Notes: generated by a model not told the origin, from the letters alone. 51,812 bases of DNA from an uncultured bacterium (GCA_903904195.1 CAIVBM010000045.1:1-51812); one strand, 5' to 3'; positions 8,157 to 17,964 are shown, counted from the stretch's first letter. Numbers and translations are program-made.

Positions 8157-11100
8157 TTAGTTATGAACGCTTGATGTAACTGTACTTGGATAACCAACAG
8201 CGTATGTTGTGTTTGTTATCGTTGTACCACCGGCTACGTCAGACCAACTAAATCCTGTAGAACCAGCCACAAGATGTGTATACATGTATGTGTTTGGCAA
8301 TGATCCACTTGGAGTACCTAGAGAAGTAACAGGAAGTAATACTCTAAATGTTTGTGATTGACCAGCATTCAATGTATATCCACCATCAATTACAACTGTA
8401 ACCGCACAAGTAGCTGAACCATCACAAGCGTCAGAACCTGTTGAAGCTAAGGTTGTATTGTTTACATCCTTAACAGTAGGCTTAGCAGCTGTGAATGTAG
8501 GTGAGCCACCGCCGGAAATTGTAGCTGTAATTGGGAAGCTATTGAGTTTGATAGAACCTGCAGCATCTGCAGTTACCGTAACGTCTATAGCCTCAACTGA
8601 TCCAGTTCCTAGAACTGCGCCAGTTGATGTAGCAACAGTAATCGTAGGCTTTGAAGCAACCAATAAATGAGTAGGAGCAACGTTATGAGAGTTTCCAGCG
8701 TTGGAAACAGTCTGAATCGTTGAACCATCATTAAATGTGTAGCTAGCAAGAGTCAAGATTATTGTACTATTTGAAGCACTTGCAGGACATCCAGAAGAAG
8801 CATTAGCACATACTAGAGAAACACCAACTGGGATGTTTAATCCAGAGTTATCAGCAGGAACTGTGAGGCCTACATTGTAGACTACAGCTGTGCCGGAAAC
8901 GAATTGTGCTGTCTTTCCATTTACTGTTACAGAGGCAATGTTATTGATACTGCCGGCTGAAGAAGTAAATGTCATGTCTTTAATAATCGCACCTCCAATG
9001 TGATTAGAAGTTACGATATTAAATGTTGCAAGATTTCCAATGGTTGATCCACCAATCATGTATTGTGAAGCTGGTGAAGAACCTGAAACTAGTGTTGTAC
9101 CTGTAGCGTTAGCAATAGTTGCAACAGCATCTGTTACACGAACTCCAGACTGTGGAGAAACTGTTGTTGAAAGCTTTGATACAGCACCTTGGTAAGTGAT
9201 TCCCATAGCTGGTGTAACATCCAAAGCTGCAGTACCACCAAGGTCAGCATACAATGCGAATACCTTTGTAGAACTTGGAGCAACTGGAACGGTTACAGAG
9301 AAGCTGTTACCGGAAGCTACTGGATTACCGATAGGTGTACCAATAACTTGACCTGTAGAATCATCTTTTATAGTAAGGTTGGTGATTTGATTGTGACCAA
9401 CAAGACTACAATCTGTAGTGCCAGCGAAAGCCTGACAAGTAGAATTTGTACCATTGAGTGAACCAGGAACGTTAACAACGATGGTATTTACAGTAACACC
9501 TTCAGCTGAAGCTGTTTGAACTGTGAAGGAACCGATCTTTGCTGTTGTGTTTGGAGCTACAGTAGAAGCTGCGAAGCCTGTTGTAGCAGCAAATTGAACG
9601 TTCGTTGATGCAACTGTAAGTGTCTGACCACTAGCACCAGAAAGTGCTGTTGTCTGGCTTGAGCTCATACCCTGAGCTGTACCTGAAGCAACGGCGAAAT
9701 TGATAGTACCAGCAGTAACAGCAGCACCGACATTACCAGTAGTGTTACTTACAATATCTCCTTTCAATTGAACGATAGCAGGTGATCCAGCTGTAACTAA
9801 CAACTGTGAACCTAGGCTACTGAATATAAGAGGAGAACCAGATGTTGCAGTTTGGTTTGAACCAACCTGTCCACCGTTTACATACAAACCAACATTTGAA
9901 AGTGTTGTACCAGGGGTAAATCCACCAGCGAATGTAGGAGTGAAAGTAATACTTGTGATCTTTACATCTTCACCATAAGCAGAAATCTTGAATGAGGACA
10001 AGGTTGTAGCCGTTGTACCAGCAACAAGAGTTGTTATGTTGTTGAATGAAGGATCTTGGTTAACTGTAAGAGTACCTTGGTTGATATTTATCGTTCCACC
10101 GTTAGCATTGATAGTAACAGCATCAGAAGAGTCAAGTGTACTTACGTAAACACCTGCCATTTGTGAATCCTCAACTGAGATATCTGTGCCTTGTTCGAGA
10201 GAAAGATAGAAGTTTCTGTATGCACCGCTTACGATATCTCCATGAACTTCAATCAAGTGTGAACCTGTTGTAAGTGCAAGAGGAGAATTCAAAACGAATA
10301 CATACTGACTATTTGCATTGATGTTTGAGTTTGCAACATTTACTCCGTCAACAAATAGAGCTACGTTTTGTAGTGAATTTGAAGGAGCGGAACCAATCAT
10401 CTTAACAGTCATGGCATGAAGGTTGACAGCGTGTTGAGAGATAGTCAAAGTTCGTGACCATAGGTTTTGATTCATTGATCCAGCGTTGATATATGCAGAT
10501 GCGGGATTCACAGTAACGTTAGTTATTGAGAATTTTGATCCAGCAAGTGTGCTTGTACCAACATACATTTCATTACCCTTTACATTTGTTACTACAGCTG
10601 TATTTCCTGCTGTTGTGTAGCTTGTAAGAGCAACACCGATAGTAGAAGCAGAAGTGATTGAAGCAACGTCAGCCTTTACAGAAAGAATCTTTGAACCGTT
10701 TACTACGATTCCAAGATTATTCATTGTAATGACTCCAGTAGTGTTGAAAGAATAACCACTTGTCACACGAGTAGCTCCATCATAGAGGTAAACGTTTGAT
10801 AGTGTGTTTGAATCTGAAACACCTGTTCGTTGTAATGTAATGGAATTGATTGTGCTAGAACCAGTAAACGTGAAGTGCGCTAGATCTGCACCAGCTTGTC
10901 CTTCAATAACGTAAACAGCTGCTGGGTTGTCTGAAGCAAGTGATACTGCTAAAGGACCAGAGTTATTTACAACTGTACTACCAGAGCATGATGCGCCAGT
11001 AGAAGGGCTGAAGCCTGAAGCTGATGTACATCCTGCTGGAAGACCTCCAGAAGAAACTGTGCCACCTGCTAGAACTGCAGCTGACTTTTTACCGAAGACT

Positions 11101-11354
11101 CCATCAGCTGTTAAGCCGACAGACTTTTGCCAAGCGATGACTGCAGCCTTGGTACCTTTACCAAAGTTACCGTCAGCCTTGACTCCGACAGCTGTTTGAA
11201 GACAAACAACTTGTGCGCCTTTTGAACCGACTCTCAAAGTGCTAGTGATTGAACAGGAAGATGCAGAAGCAGTGTTTATTGCAACAACTCCGGCAAGCAT
11301 AACTGTAAAACCAAAAGCTCCAAGAAAGAATTTTGATTTTAATAAATTACTCAT
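8157..11354 (-). CDS. Giant secreted Thr/Ser/Gly/Val-rich surface protein with an N-terminal peptidoglycan-binding domain
   Basis: Signal peptide MSNLLKSKFFLGAFGFTVMLAGVVAINTASA. LRVGSKGAQVVCLQTAV..ADGNFGKGTKAAVIAWQKSVGLTADGVFGKKS has the PG_binding_1 pattern. The remaining ~950 aa is low-charge, beta-rich sequence (S-layer or adhesin-like). Confidence 0.85.
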   Translation of the reverse strand: MSNLLKSKFFLGAFGFTVMLAGVVAINTASASSCSITSTLRVGSKGAQVVCLQTAVGVKADGNFGKGTKAAVIAWQKSVGLTADGVFGKKSAAVLAGGTVSSGGLPAGCTSASGFSPSTGASCSGSTVVNNSGPLAVSLASDNPAAVYVIEGQAGADLAHFTFTGSSTINSITLQRTGVSDSNTLSNVYLYDGATRVTSGYSFNTTGVITMNNLGIVVNGSKILSVKADVASITSASTIGVALTSYTTAGNTAVVTNVKGNEMYVGTSTLAGSKFSITNVTVNPASAYINAGSMNQNLWSRTLTISQHAVNLHAMTVKMIGSAPSNSLQNVALFVDGVNVANSNINANSQYVFVLNSPLALTTGSHLIEVHGDIVSGAYRNFYLSLEQGTDISVEDSQMAGVYVSTLDSSDAVTINANGGTININQGTLTVNQDPSFNNITTLVAGTTATTLSSFKISAYGEDVKITSITFTPTFAGGFTPGTTLSNVGLYVNGGQVGSNQTATSGSPLIFSSLGSQLLVTAGSPAIVQLKGDIVSNTTGNVGAAVTAGTINFAVASGTAQGMSSSQTTALSGASGQTLTVASTNVQFAATTGFAASTVAPNTTAKIGSFTVQTASAEGVTVNTIVVNVPGSLNGTNSTCQAFAGTTDCSLVGHNQITNLTIKDDSTGQVIGTPIGNPVASGNSFSVTVPVAPSSTKVFALYADLGGTAALDVTPAMGITYQGAVSKLSTTVSPQSGVRVTDAVATIANATGTTLVSGSSPASQYMIGGSTIGNLATFNIVTSNHIGGAIIKDMTFTSSAGSINNIASVTVNGKTAQFVSGTAVVYNVGLTVPADNSGLNIPVGVSLVCANASSGCPASASNSTIILTLASYTFNDGSTIQTVSNAGNSHNVAPTHLLVASKPTITVATSTGAVLGTGSVEAIDVTVTADAAGSIKLNSFPITATISGGGSPTFTAAKPTVKDVNNTTLASTGSDACDGSATCAVTVVIDGGYTLNAGQSQTFRVLLPVTSLGTPSGSLPNTYMYTHLVAGSTGFSWSDVAGGTTITNTTYAVGYPSTVTSSVHN

Positions 11355-11835
11355 ATATTTTTTCTAATTTTCTACGCCGTTAATTAGTTTCGACAAAACT
11401 AAAAGCGTATTTTTTTTCTATCACTATTTTCTATTCGCTAATAAATAATAATGAACTAATAATGCAGCGAATAAATAAACAATGAACAGATGATTACTTA
11501 ACTGAAAACTGAAACAAAATGTAATCTCACAAAACAAGTTTAAGTGTAATGCAAGATAATTTTTATTTAGTTTTCAATGACCTTACCATTTATTTTCACT
11601 AGATTATCCTTTGAGATTTTTTCGACGAAATCGCAAACGAGAATGAAGCAAAATAAATAACAAATTTTATGAATATAGAACACGCAGATTTGCGCAATCT
11701 ATAAACACAATAACATTATAATATATAGCTCTTAAAATGAGCAATATATTATGTGGATAACTCGCCTAAAAGTAAATCTGGGCGAACATATTCCATAGCC
11801 CTATATTATCAGACTTTTAGGGAAAATGCAAGAAT

Positions 11836-11916
11836 TCCTCCCATCCTTGATAAGGAGGGGTTAGGAGAGGTTCTTAATTCACCTCACCCTACCCTCTCCT
11901 TGTAAAGGAGAGGGCT
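11836..11916. repeat. GC-rich multi-hairpin repeat element, family A copy 2 (inverted relative to 697-786)
   Basis: The reverse complement reads ccctctcctttacaaggagagggtagggtgagg...cccctccttatcaaggatgggagga. The end modules differ from copy 1 only by scattered mismatches; the central part differs. Abuts the stop codon of the wHTH gene. Confidence 0.8.
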
Positions 11917-11919
11917 CTT

Positions 11920-12765
11920 TTATTTGATGAAATATCGGCTCCACCTCTTCTCCCCTGTCTTGTAAAGGACACCGTCCTTTATCAAGGACACGAGTTCTCT
12001 TTGTAGTGTTTTTTCGCTAAAAGACGACACTCCATTTATACCACTATTCATTTTAGCCATGATGTCTTTTATGGTAGCGTTGCCTCCGATAATTTTTATT
12101 ATATTTAATATATCTTCTCTTCTTTTTTTCTTTAGAATATCAAAATCTTTAGTCTGTGAAACTATGTTCATTTTATCGGACAAAGCTTTCATGAGAGTAC
12201 TTCCTTTTTGAACACCAATCCTCGTATGTCCTTTATGTCCGATAGAATTTAATTCCCCTCTTGAGGGATGGCTCGCTCGCGAGACGGGGTGGAGAATTCT
12301 TCCACCTCCCCCTGAAGGGTACTCCTCAAGAGGAGAATCTTTTAGAAACTCTTCTATCCAAGTAGGTTTAATACTTACATGTTCATTTATAGAATTCTTT
12401 AATTCAAGAAATTCTTTTTTTAGAATAGCGCAGTTCATTTCTGAGATAAAATTCATAGCAGAAGCAATGCTTAAAAACGCCACAATTTGTTCTATTCTCA
12501 TAATGGACATGCCTGCCCCGTAGGAAGCTATAGGCTTTCCTTCGGGGTCCGATATGATTTCTGTCCCTAAAGCTCTTAGTTTATTCCTTATTGGTTCATC
12601 CTTGTCCATTATGTCCGTTACCATATAAAGCGCAGTAATAAGCTTGTGAGTCTTGGTATATGACCCAGAGTGAAATGTTTTAAATTCATAAGAGGCAGGG
12701 ATAGAAAAGTTGTCCTTTACGATGTCTTTTCCGGAGTCTTTTATATTTTTATCTCCTGCTAACAT
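11920..12765 (-). CDS. Hypothetical protein with C-terminal winged-helix DNA-binding domain
   Basis: C-terminus ILNIIKIIGGNATIKDIMAKMNS...SEKTLQRELVSLIKDGVLYKTGEKRWSRYF is wHTH-like. The start is placed at Met54 of the track ORF (ATG at 12765) because the 5' extension to 12924 runs through a 29-bp inverted-repeat structure. An alternative start at 12924 is possible. Confidence 0.65.
   Translation of the reverse strand: MLAGDKNIKDSGKDIVKDNFSIPASYEFKTFHSGSYTKTHKLITALYMVTDIMDKDEPIRNKLRALGTEIISDPEGKPIASYGAGMSIMRIEQIVAFLSIASAMNFISEMNCAILKKEFLELKNSINEHVSIKPTWIEEFLKDSPLEEYPSGGGGRILHPVSRASHPSRGELNSIGHKGHTRIGVQKGSTLMKALSDKMNIVSQTKDFDILKKKRREDILNIIKIIGGNATIKDIMAKMNSGINGVSSFSEKTLQRELVSLIKDGVLYKTGEKRWSRYFIK
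12253..12338. repeat. Repeat element family B copy 1, in frame inside the wHTH gene
   Basis: attcccctcttgagggatgg...agacggggtggagaattcttccacctccccctgaagggtactcctcaagaggagaatc. Its homologous copy at 49282-49372 is intergenic. Here it is translated as EEYPSGGGGRILHPVSRASHPSRGELN. Confidence 0.75.
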
Positions 12766-12803
12766 CTGTCCATTATATATAGGACAAATAAAAAAGCAAG
12801 ACA

Positions 12804-12954
12804 AAAAAAGCAAAGAGTAGTTTTTAAAATGCAATCTATCTGGCGAAGCTTCGCCAGCGAACTGCTCGTCGCTCAAGAAAATAATAAATGGATTACCATT
12901 TTTATTTTCTAAACTCCTGCGCAAGGCATTTTAAAAACTACTCTTTGCTTTTTT
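12804..12954. repeat. Long perfect inverted repeat: 29-bp arms and a 93-nt spacer
   Basis: Arms 12804-12832 (aaaaaagcaaagagtagtttttaaaatgc) and 12926-12954 pair at all 29 positions, checked base by base. The spacer holds a second hairpin, ctggcgaagcttcgccag. Confidence 0.85.
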
Positions 12955-12982
12955 GCTTATTAAAATGTGTTAAAATACATTT

Positions 12983-15202
12983 ATGGCAAAAAAGAAAAAA
13001 GATGAAGGTAAAGAAAATTATTCTAATCGTAAATCTACAAATGATGCAGGTTTAAAAAGTCAGACGAAACATGGAATCATATCAATAATATTTTTTGTTC
13101 TCGCATTGTTTTTTTTAATGTCCGCATTTGATGTGACGGGTGTCGCAGGTGTATTCACAAAAAACTTTTTTAAAGATGTTTTAGGTAACATTGGATATTT
13201 TTTCCTACCGACATTACTCATCATGTTTGGATACTCCTACATCAAATCCGAAGCACCAAACATAGGATGGAGAAACACGATAGGTGGAATAATATTTTTG
13301 ATTTCAAGTCTTGGCATATTAAACATCTCTGTGAGCAAAGAAGCGGGTGGATTAATCGGAAAGATTTTAGCAGTTCCATTCATTTCACTTTTTGACACTT
13401 ACGCTAGTATTATTTTCCTCGGCGCACTTTTGATAATTTCAATTCTAGTAATTTTTGATGCAAAATTAGACCTCATCCCCTTCTTGAAAAAGATCTGGGG
13501 CTTTATATCAAGAAAAAAGGAAATAGAAGAAGTTGAAGAAGAAGAAGAAGGGGAGGAAGAAGAAAAAGAAGAACCAGAACCTGAAGAAGATGAAGAAAAA
13601 GAAACTGCTGGAGAAAAAATAAAGAAAGCACTCGGAGTCGGAAAGAAAAAAGAAGAGGAAGAGGAGGAAGAAATGCCTATCAAAAAGAGACGTACAGGAT
13701 TGATGTCTACCTACGTCCCTCCCCCACTCAACCTCTTAGAAGAAGATCAAGGTAAACCAAACACCGGAGACATAAAAGCAAATGCAAACATAATAAAACG
13801 AACGCTCGTAAACTTTGGTATTGAAGTAGAGATGGATGAGATAACTATCGGACCGACTGTCACACGTTATGCGCTCAAACCAGCAGAAGGAATAAAACTT
13901 TCTCGCATAGTGGGATTGCAAAACGACCTAGCTCTATCACTCGCAGCACATCCTATACGTATAGAAGCCCCAATTCCAGGCAAATCTTTGGTTGGTATTG
14001 AAATTCCAAATAAATCAAAATCAATCGTCGGTCTCGCCACCCTACTCTCTGATGATAAATTCCAAAATTCACCTAAACCTCTCACGATAGCTTTGGGACG
14101 AAACATTTCTGGTAAAGCAATCTTTGGAAATTTGGCAAAAATGCCACACTGTCTAGTCGCAGGAACTACTGGTTCTGGAAAGTCCGTCACCATCCACTCT
14201 ATAATCACTTCCCTCTTATACAGAAATGGACCAGACGACTTAAAGCTTATTTTAATTGACCCAAAACGTGTTGAGCTCACACTTTACAACAACATCCCTC
14301 ACCTGCTCACCCCTGTTATAACTGAAGCCAAGAAAACGATTCTAGCCTTAAAATGGGCAGCAAAAGAAATGGACCGCCGTTATGACATCTTGGAAGCAGA
14401 ATCCGTCAGAGATATTGAGTCTTATCACAATAATGTTTTCGGAAAGTTAAAAAATAAAACAAAGACAAATGCAGAAGGTGTAGAAACTGAAGTAGAACCT
14501 GATCGCCTACCTTATATCATCATCGTCATAGACGAATTGGCAGATATAATGAGCTCTTATCCTAGAGAACTTGAATCCGCTATCGTACGTTTAGCCCAGA
14601 TGTCTCGAGCTGTCGGTATTCACCTCATACTTTCAACCCAACGTCCAGAAGTAAACGTCATTACTGGACTCATCAAGGCAAACATCCCTGCTCGTGTCGC
14701 CTTAAAAGTATCTTCACAAATTGACTCACGCACTATTTTGGATGCTGGAGGAGCAGAGAAACTCTTGGGTGCTGGTGATATGCTCTATTCTTCTGGTGAA
14801 GCCCAGCCAGAACGTCTACAAAGCGCATTTATTTCAGAAACAGAAGTGAAAAAGGTTGTAAAATATTTAGCAGATGCATATAAAGACGAAATATCTTCTG
14901 AGATAACTCTAACATCCGGTTCAATATCAGCCGATAAAAGTATTTTTGAAAGCTCATTAGAAGATGGAGGAGATGTAGAAGACGATGATGAAATGTATGA
15001 AGAGGCCAGAGCTTGTGTGATAGAAGCTGGCAAGGCATCTACTTCTTATTTACAAAGAAAATTAAAATTAGGATATGCGCGAGCTGCCCGCTTGATGGAT
15101 AAATTAGAAGAACGCGGAGTTATCGGCCCTGGAGATGGCGCAAAACCAAGAGAAGTGTTGGAAAAAATCGAGCGTACAGAAACTGGAGAAAATATGATTT
15201 AA
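12983..15202 (+). CDS. ftsK: DNA translocase FtsK/SpoIIIE
   Basis: 739 aa. N-terminal TM helices and an acidic Glu-rich linker. Walker A is AGTTGSGKSV. Also has IIVIDELADIM, ILSTQRP and a C-terminal gamma wHTH (ASTSYLQRKLKLGYARAARLMDKLEERGVIGP). Confidence 0.95.
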   Translation: MAKKKKDEGKENYSNRKSTNDAGLKSQTKHGIISIIFFVLALFFLMSAFDVTGVAGVFTKNFFKDVLGNIGYFFLPTLLIMFGYSYIKSEAPNIGWRNTIGGIIFLISSLGILNISVSKEAGGLIGKILAVPFISLFDTYASIIFLGALLIISILVIFDAKLDLIPFLKKIWGFISRKKEIEEVEEEEEGEEEEKEEPEPEEDEEKETAGEKIKKALGVGKKKEEEEEEEMPIKKRRTGLMSTYVPPPLNLLEEDQGKPNTGDIKANANIIKRTLVNFGIEVEMDEITIGPTVTRYALKPAEGIKLSRIVGLQNDLALSLAAHPIRIEAPIPGKSLVGIEIPNKSKSIVGLATLLSDDKFQNSPKPLTIALGRNISGKAIFGNLAKMPHCLVAGTTGSGKSVTIHSIITSLLYRNGPDDLKLILIDPKRVELTLYNNIPHLLTPVITEAKKTILALKWAAKEMDRRYDILEAESVRDIESYHNNVFGKLKNKTKTNAEGVETEVEPDRLPYIIIVIDELADIMSSYPRELESAIVRLAQMSRAVGIHLILSTQRPEVNVITGLIKANIPARVALKVSSQIDSRTILDAGGAEKLLGAGDMLYSSGEAQPERLQSAFISETEVKKVVKYLADAYKDEISSEITLTSGSISADKSIFESSLEDGGDVEDDDEMYEEARACVIEAGKASTSYLQRKLKLGYARAARLMDKLEERGVIGPGDGAKPREVLEKIERTETGENMI

Positions 15203-15206
15203 GATA

Positions 15207-15551
15207 ATGAATACAAGTGCAAAAAAAATATTACAAATAATAGGTTTCTCAATATTTTTTCTTTTCATTATCATATACGCTTTTTTTCGCTCTCATGATT
15301 TGCTCTATGGAGTAAAAATAACTAATGTAAATATAACTGACGGAGAAAAAGTCGCAAACAACGTAATTGAGATAAAAGGAAACGCTAAAAACGCTGTAAA
15401 TCTAACACTAAATGGCCGAGAAATCTCTATAAGTGAAACTGGAGATTTTGACGAGACAATTGCCCTACTTTCAGGCTATAATGTGATAAATATAAAAGCC
15501 AAAGATAAGTTTGGATATATTGATGAGAAAAATTATAAATTAATGTACTAA
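15207..15551 (+). CDS. Small membrane-anchored hypothetical protein
   Basis: 114 aa. TM helix ILQIIGFSIFFLFIIIYAFF followed by a beta-rich domain. Lies 4 nt after ftsK. Confidence 0.6.
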   Translation: MNTSAKKILQIIGFSIFFLFIIIYAFFRSHDLLYGVKITNVNITDGEKVANNVIEIKGNAKNAVNLTLNGREISISETGDFDETIALLSGYNVINIKAKDKFGYIDEKNYKLMY

Positions 15552-15637
15552 ATCGACAAGAAATGCTTTTATAAAAGTCCTCGGTTCTCCGGGTCCCAAT
15601 CCCGGCCAGACTATTTCTAAAAGCATTTCTTGTCGAT
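15552..15637. repeat. Perfect inverted repeat: 20-bp arms and a 46-nt GC-rich spacer, in the recA leader
   Basis: Arms 15552-15571 (atcgacaagaaatgctttta) and 15618-15637 pair at all 20 positions. The repeat starts immediately after the upstream stop codon and ends 17 nt before the recA ATG. Confidence 0.85.
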
Positions 15638-15654
15638 AAAGAATAAACAAAGTT

Positions 15655-16695
15655 ATGTTAAAGAAAAAAGAAAAAAAGGAAGACAAGACTGTAGGGATGG
15701 CTGTATTGGACGATACATTAAAGGCAATCCAAACGAAATTTGGCGAAGGAGCAATTATGAAGTTCGGTGATTCACCAAAAGTGGACGTAAACGTCATACC
15801 GACTGGTTCAATCGGCCTTGATATGGCGCTCGGCGTAGGTGGAATACCACGTGGCAGAATTATTGAGATATTTGGACCAGAATCTTCAGGAAAAACTACC
15901 CTCTCCCTCCACATCGTGGCCGAGGCTCAAAAACTCGGTGGCGTCTGCGCATATATAGATGCAGAACATGCGATGGATCCTGAATACACAAAGAAACTCG
16001 GAGTCAACATAAATAATTTGCTCATTTCCCAACCAGACAACGGCGAACAAGCTCTAGAAATAGTGGAGTCATTGGTTAGAACAGGCAAAATAGATGTCAT
16101 AGTCATTGATTCTGTGGCGGCACTCACTCCAAAAGATGAAATAGAGGGAGATATGGGCGCATACCATGTCGGTAAGCAAGCTCGTTTGATGTCTCAAGCC
16201 CTCCGCAAGCTCACTGCCATCGTCGCAAGATCTAAAACTTCCGTTATTTTCATAAACCAGATTAGAATGCAAATAGGCGTGATGTTCGGCAATCCGGAAA
16301 CGACGCCAGGAGGAAAAGCACTGAAATTCTACACTTCTATTCGCTTAGATATCAGAAAAATAGCCCAAATAAAAAAAGGAGAAGAAGTAGTCGGAAGTCG
16401 AACACGAGTAAAAGTAGTAAAAAATAAAGTCGCCGCTCCATTCAAACAAACAGAATTTGATATTATCTACAACGAAGGTATCTCCAGAGAGGGAGAAATC
16501 ATGGCGCTCGGAGAAAAATTCAAAATTATAGAAAAAAGTGGAAATACATATTCCTATACACCAAGCGGTGAAAAAGAAGAGAAAGTAAAACTCGGTGTAG
16601 GTTATGATTCTACTCGCACATTCTTGAAAGAAAATAAAAAAATATCAGACCAAATTCTGAAAGAAATCAGCAAGAAATTTGCCGAAGAAGTCTAA
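15655..16695 (+). CDS. recA: Recombinase RecA
   Basis: 346 aa. Has [24 protein letters not shown] (Walker A), IVIDSVAAL and [22 protein letters not shown]. Confidence 0.97.
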   Translation: MLKKKEKKEDKTVGMAVLDDTLKAIQTKFGEGAIMKFGDSPKVDVNVIPTGSIGLDMALGVGGIPRGRIIEIFGPESSGKTTLSLHIVAEAQKLGGVCAYIDAEHAMDPEYTKKLGVNINNLLISQPDNGEQALEIVESLVRTGKIDVIVIDSVAALTPKDEIEGDMGAYHVGKQARLMSQALRKLTAIVARSKTSVIFINQIRMQIGVMFGNPETTPGGKALKFYTSIRLDIRKIAQIKKGEEVVGSRTRVKVVKNKVAAPFKQTEFDIIYNEGISREGEIMALGEKFKIIEKSGNTYSYTPSGEKEEKVKLGVGYDSTRTFLKENKKISDQILKEISKKFAEEV

Positions 16696-17960
16696 AATTT
16701 TAATATTTTAAGAAATTCTTCCTTTTCTTTAAACGGCCCGATGAGCGCCAAGTTTAATTTTTTGTCTTTGAAAATATCTTTTGCTAAAGCTTGAATTTGG
16801 CTGGCAGTAACTTTTCGTATTTCATCTGCCTTTTCTTCTATATTTTTTATTTCTTTTTTCAAAAGTTCCTGTCCGCCATGAAAATTTGCAATATCATCGC
16901 TAGACTCCAGCGACAATTTCATATTCCCTATCAAATATTCCTTAACCTTATTTAATTCTTCAACTCCAACTTTTTCATTTTTTAATTTTATGCATTCATG
17001 TAATACAGCCTTCAATACTTCATCTATTCTTTTATTATCCACTCCAGCAGAAATCTGTAGAAATCCATGATCAATGGAAGCGTCATTGAAAGCTCGAACA
17101 TAATAACCTACACCCATCTCCTCGCGAAGTTTTGTAAAAAGTCTTGAGCTCATTCCACCTCCGAGGATAGTACTGAGGACAGTAAGAACATTATTTTTCT
17201 TATTAAATAAATCATAACTGCGCACACCCAAAACAAAATGTGTCTGATCTGTTTCTTTGAAAGAAACTAAAACTTGTGGGTGTTCTTGCTTTTCTTCCAC
17301 CTTCGCCTTTTTCCCTTTATCACCACGCAAAACTTTTCCAAAAACATTTTTTACTTCTTTCATTACTTCCTTTTCTGTCACCTTCCCTGCCACTATCAGC
17401 ACCGTAGCTTCTGGCAAATAATGTTTCTTTTTATAAGCAACAAAATCATCTCGTTTCATTTCTAAAATATTTTTCTTTTCACCTGCAACATTCCAACCCG
17501 CTGGCTGATCACCATAAAGCAACTTTGTCATCAAGTCCTGCACATGCTTGTTTGGCATGTCTTCATACATATTTATCTCTTCTATTATCACGCCTTTTTC
17601 TTTTTGCATCTCTACCTCAGGAAAAGTAGAATTTAAATAAATATCAGAAATAATATCAAAAATCTTTGTAAAATGCCTAGCATCAGACTTTGCGTAATAT
17701 CCAGTATATTCCTGTGCTGTAAAGGCATTATATTGACTTCCTAGGCCATCAAGCTCTTTTGATATATTTATAGCCTTAGGACGTTTTATAGTGCCCTTAA
17801 AGCACATATGCTCTAAAAAATGTGATATACCGTTCACCCTCTTTTCTTCATATTCAGAACCTGCCTCTACTAAAACGAGTACAGTCACAGTCGGATTGTC
17901 TTTCATGGGTACTGTAATCACCCGCAGGCCATTCTTTAAAACTTTTTTTGAGTATTTCAT
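16692..17960 (-). CDS. M16-family (pitrilysin/insulinase-like) zinc peptidase
   Basis: 422 aa. Inverted zinc motif [10 protein letters not shown] (HxxEH) near the N-terminus, with the typical two-domain length. Confidence 0.9.
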   Translation of the reverse strand: MKYSKKVLKNGLRVITVPMKDNPTVTVLVLVEAGSEYEEKRVNGISHFLEHMCFKGTIKRPKAINISKELDGLGSQYNAFTAQEYTGYYAKSDARHFTKIFDIISDIYLNSTFPEVEMQKEKGVIIEEINMYEDMPNKHVQDLMTKLLYGDQPAGWNVAGEKKNILEMKRDDFVAYKKKHYLPEATVLIVAGKVTEKEVMKEVKNVFGKVLRGDKGKKAKVEEKQEHPQVLVSFKETDQTHFVLGVRSYDLFNKKNNVLTVLSTILGGGMSSRLFTKLREEMGVGYYVRAFNDASIDHGFLQISAGVDNKRIDEVLKAVLHECIKLKNEKVGVEELNKVKEYLIGNMKLSLESSDDIANFHGGQELLKKEIKNIEEKADEIRKVTASQIQALAKDIFKDKKLNLALIGPFKEKEEFLKILKF

Positions 17961-17964
17961 AAAT

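Noticed and set aside
13530-13680. A GAA/GAG-rich, microsatellite-like tract.
   Set aside because: It is in frame within ftsK and encodes the acidic Glu/Lys linker between the membrane and motor domains. It is an imperfect repeat, typical of FtsK linkers.
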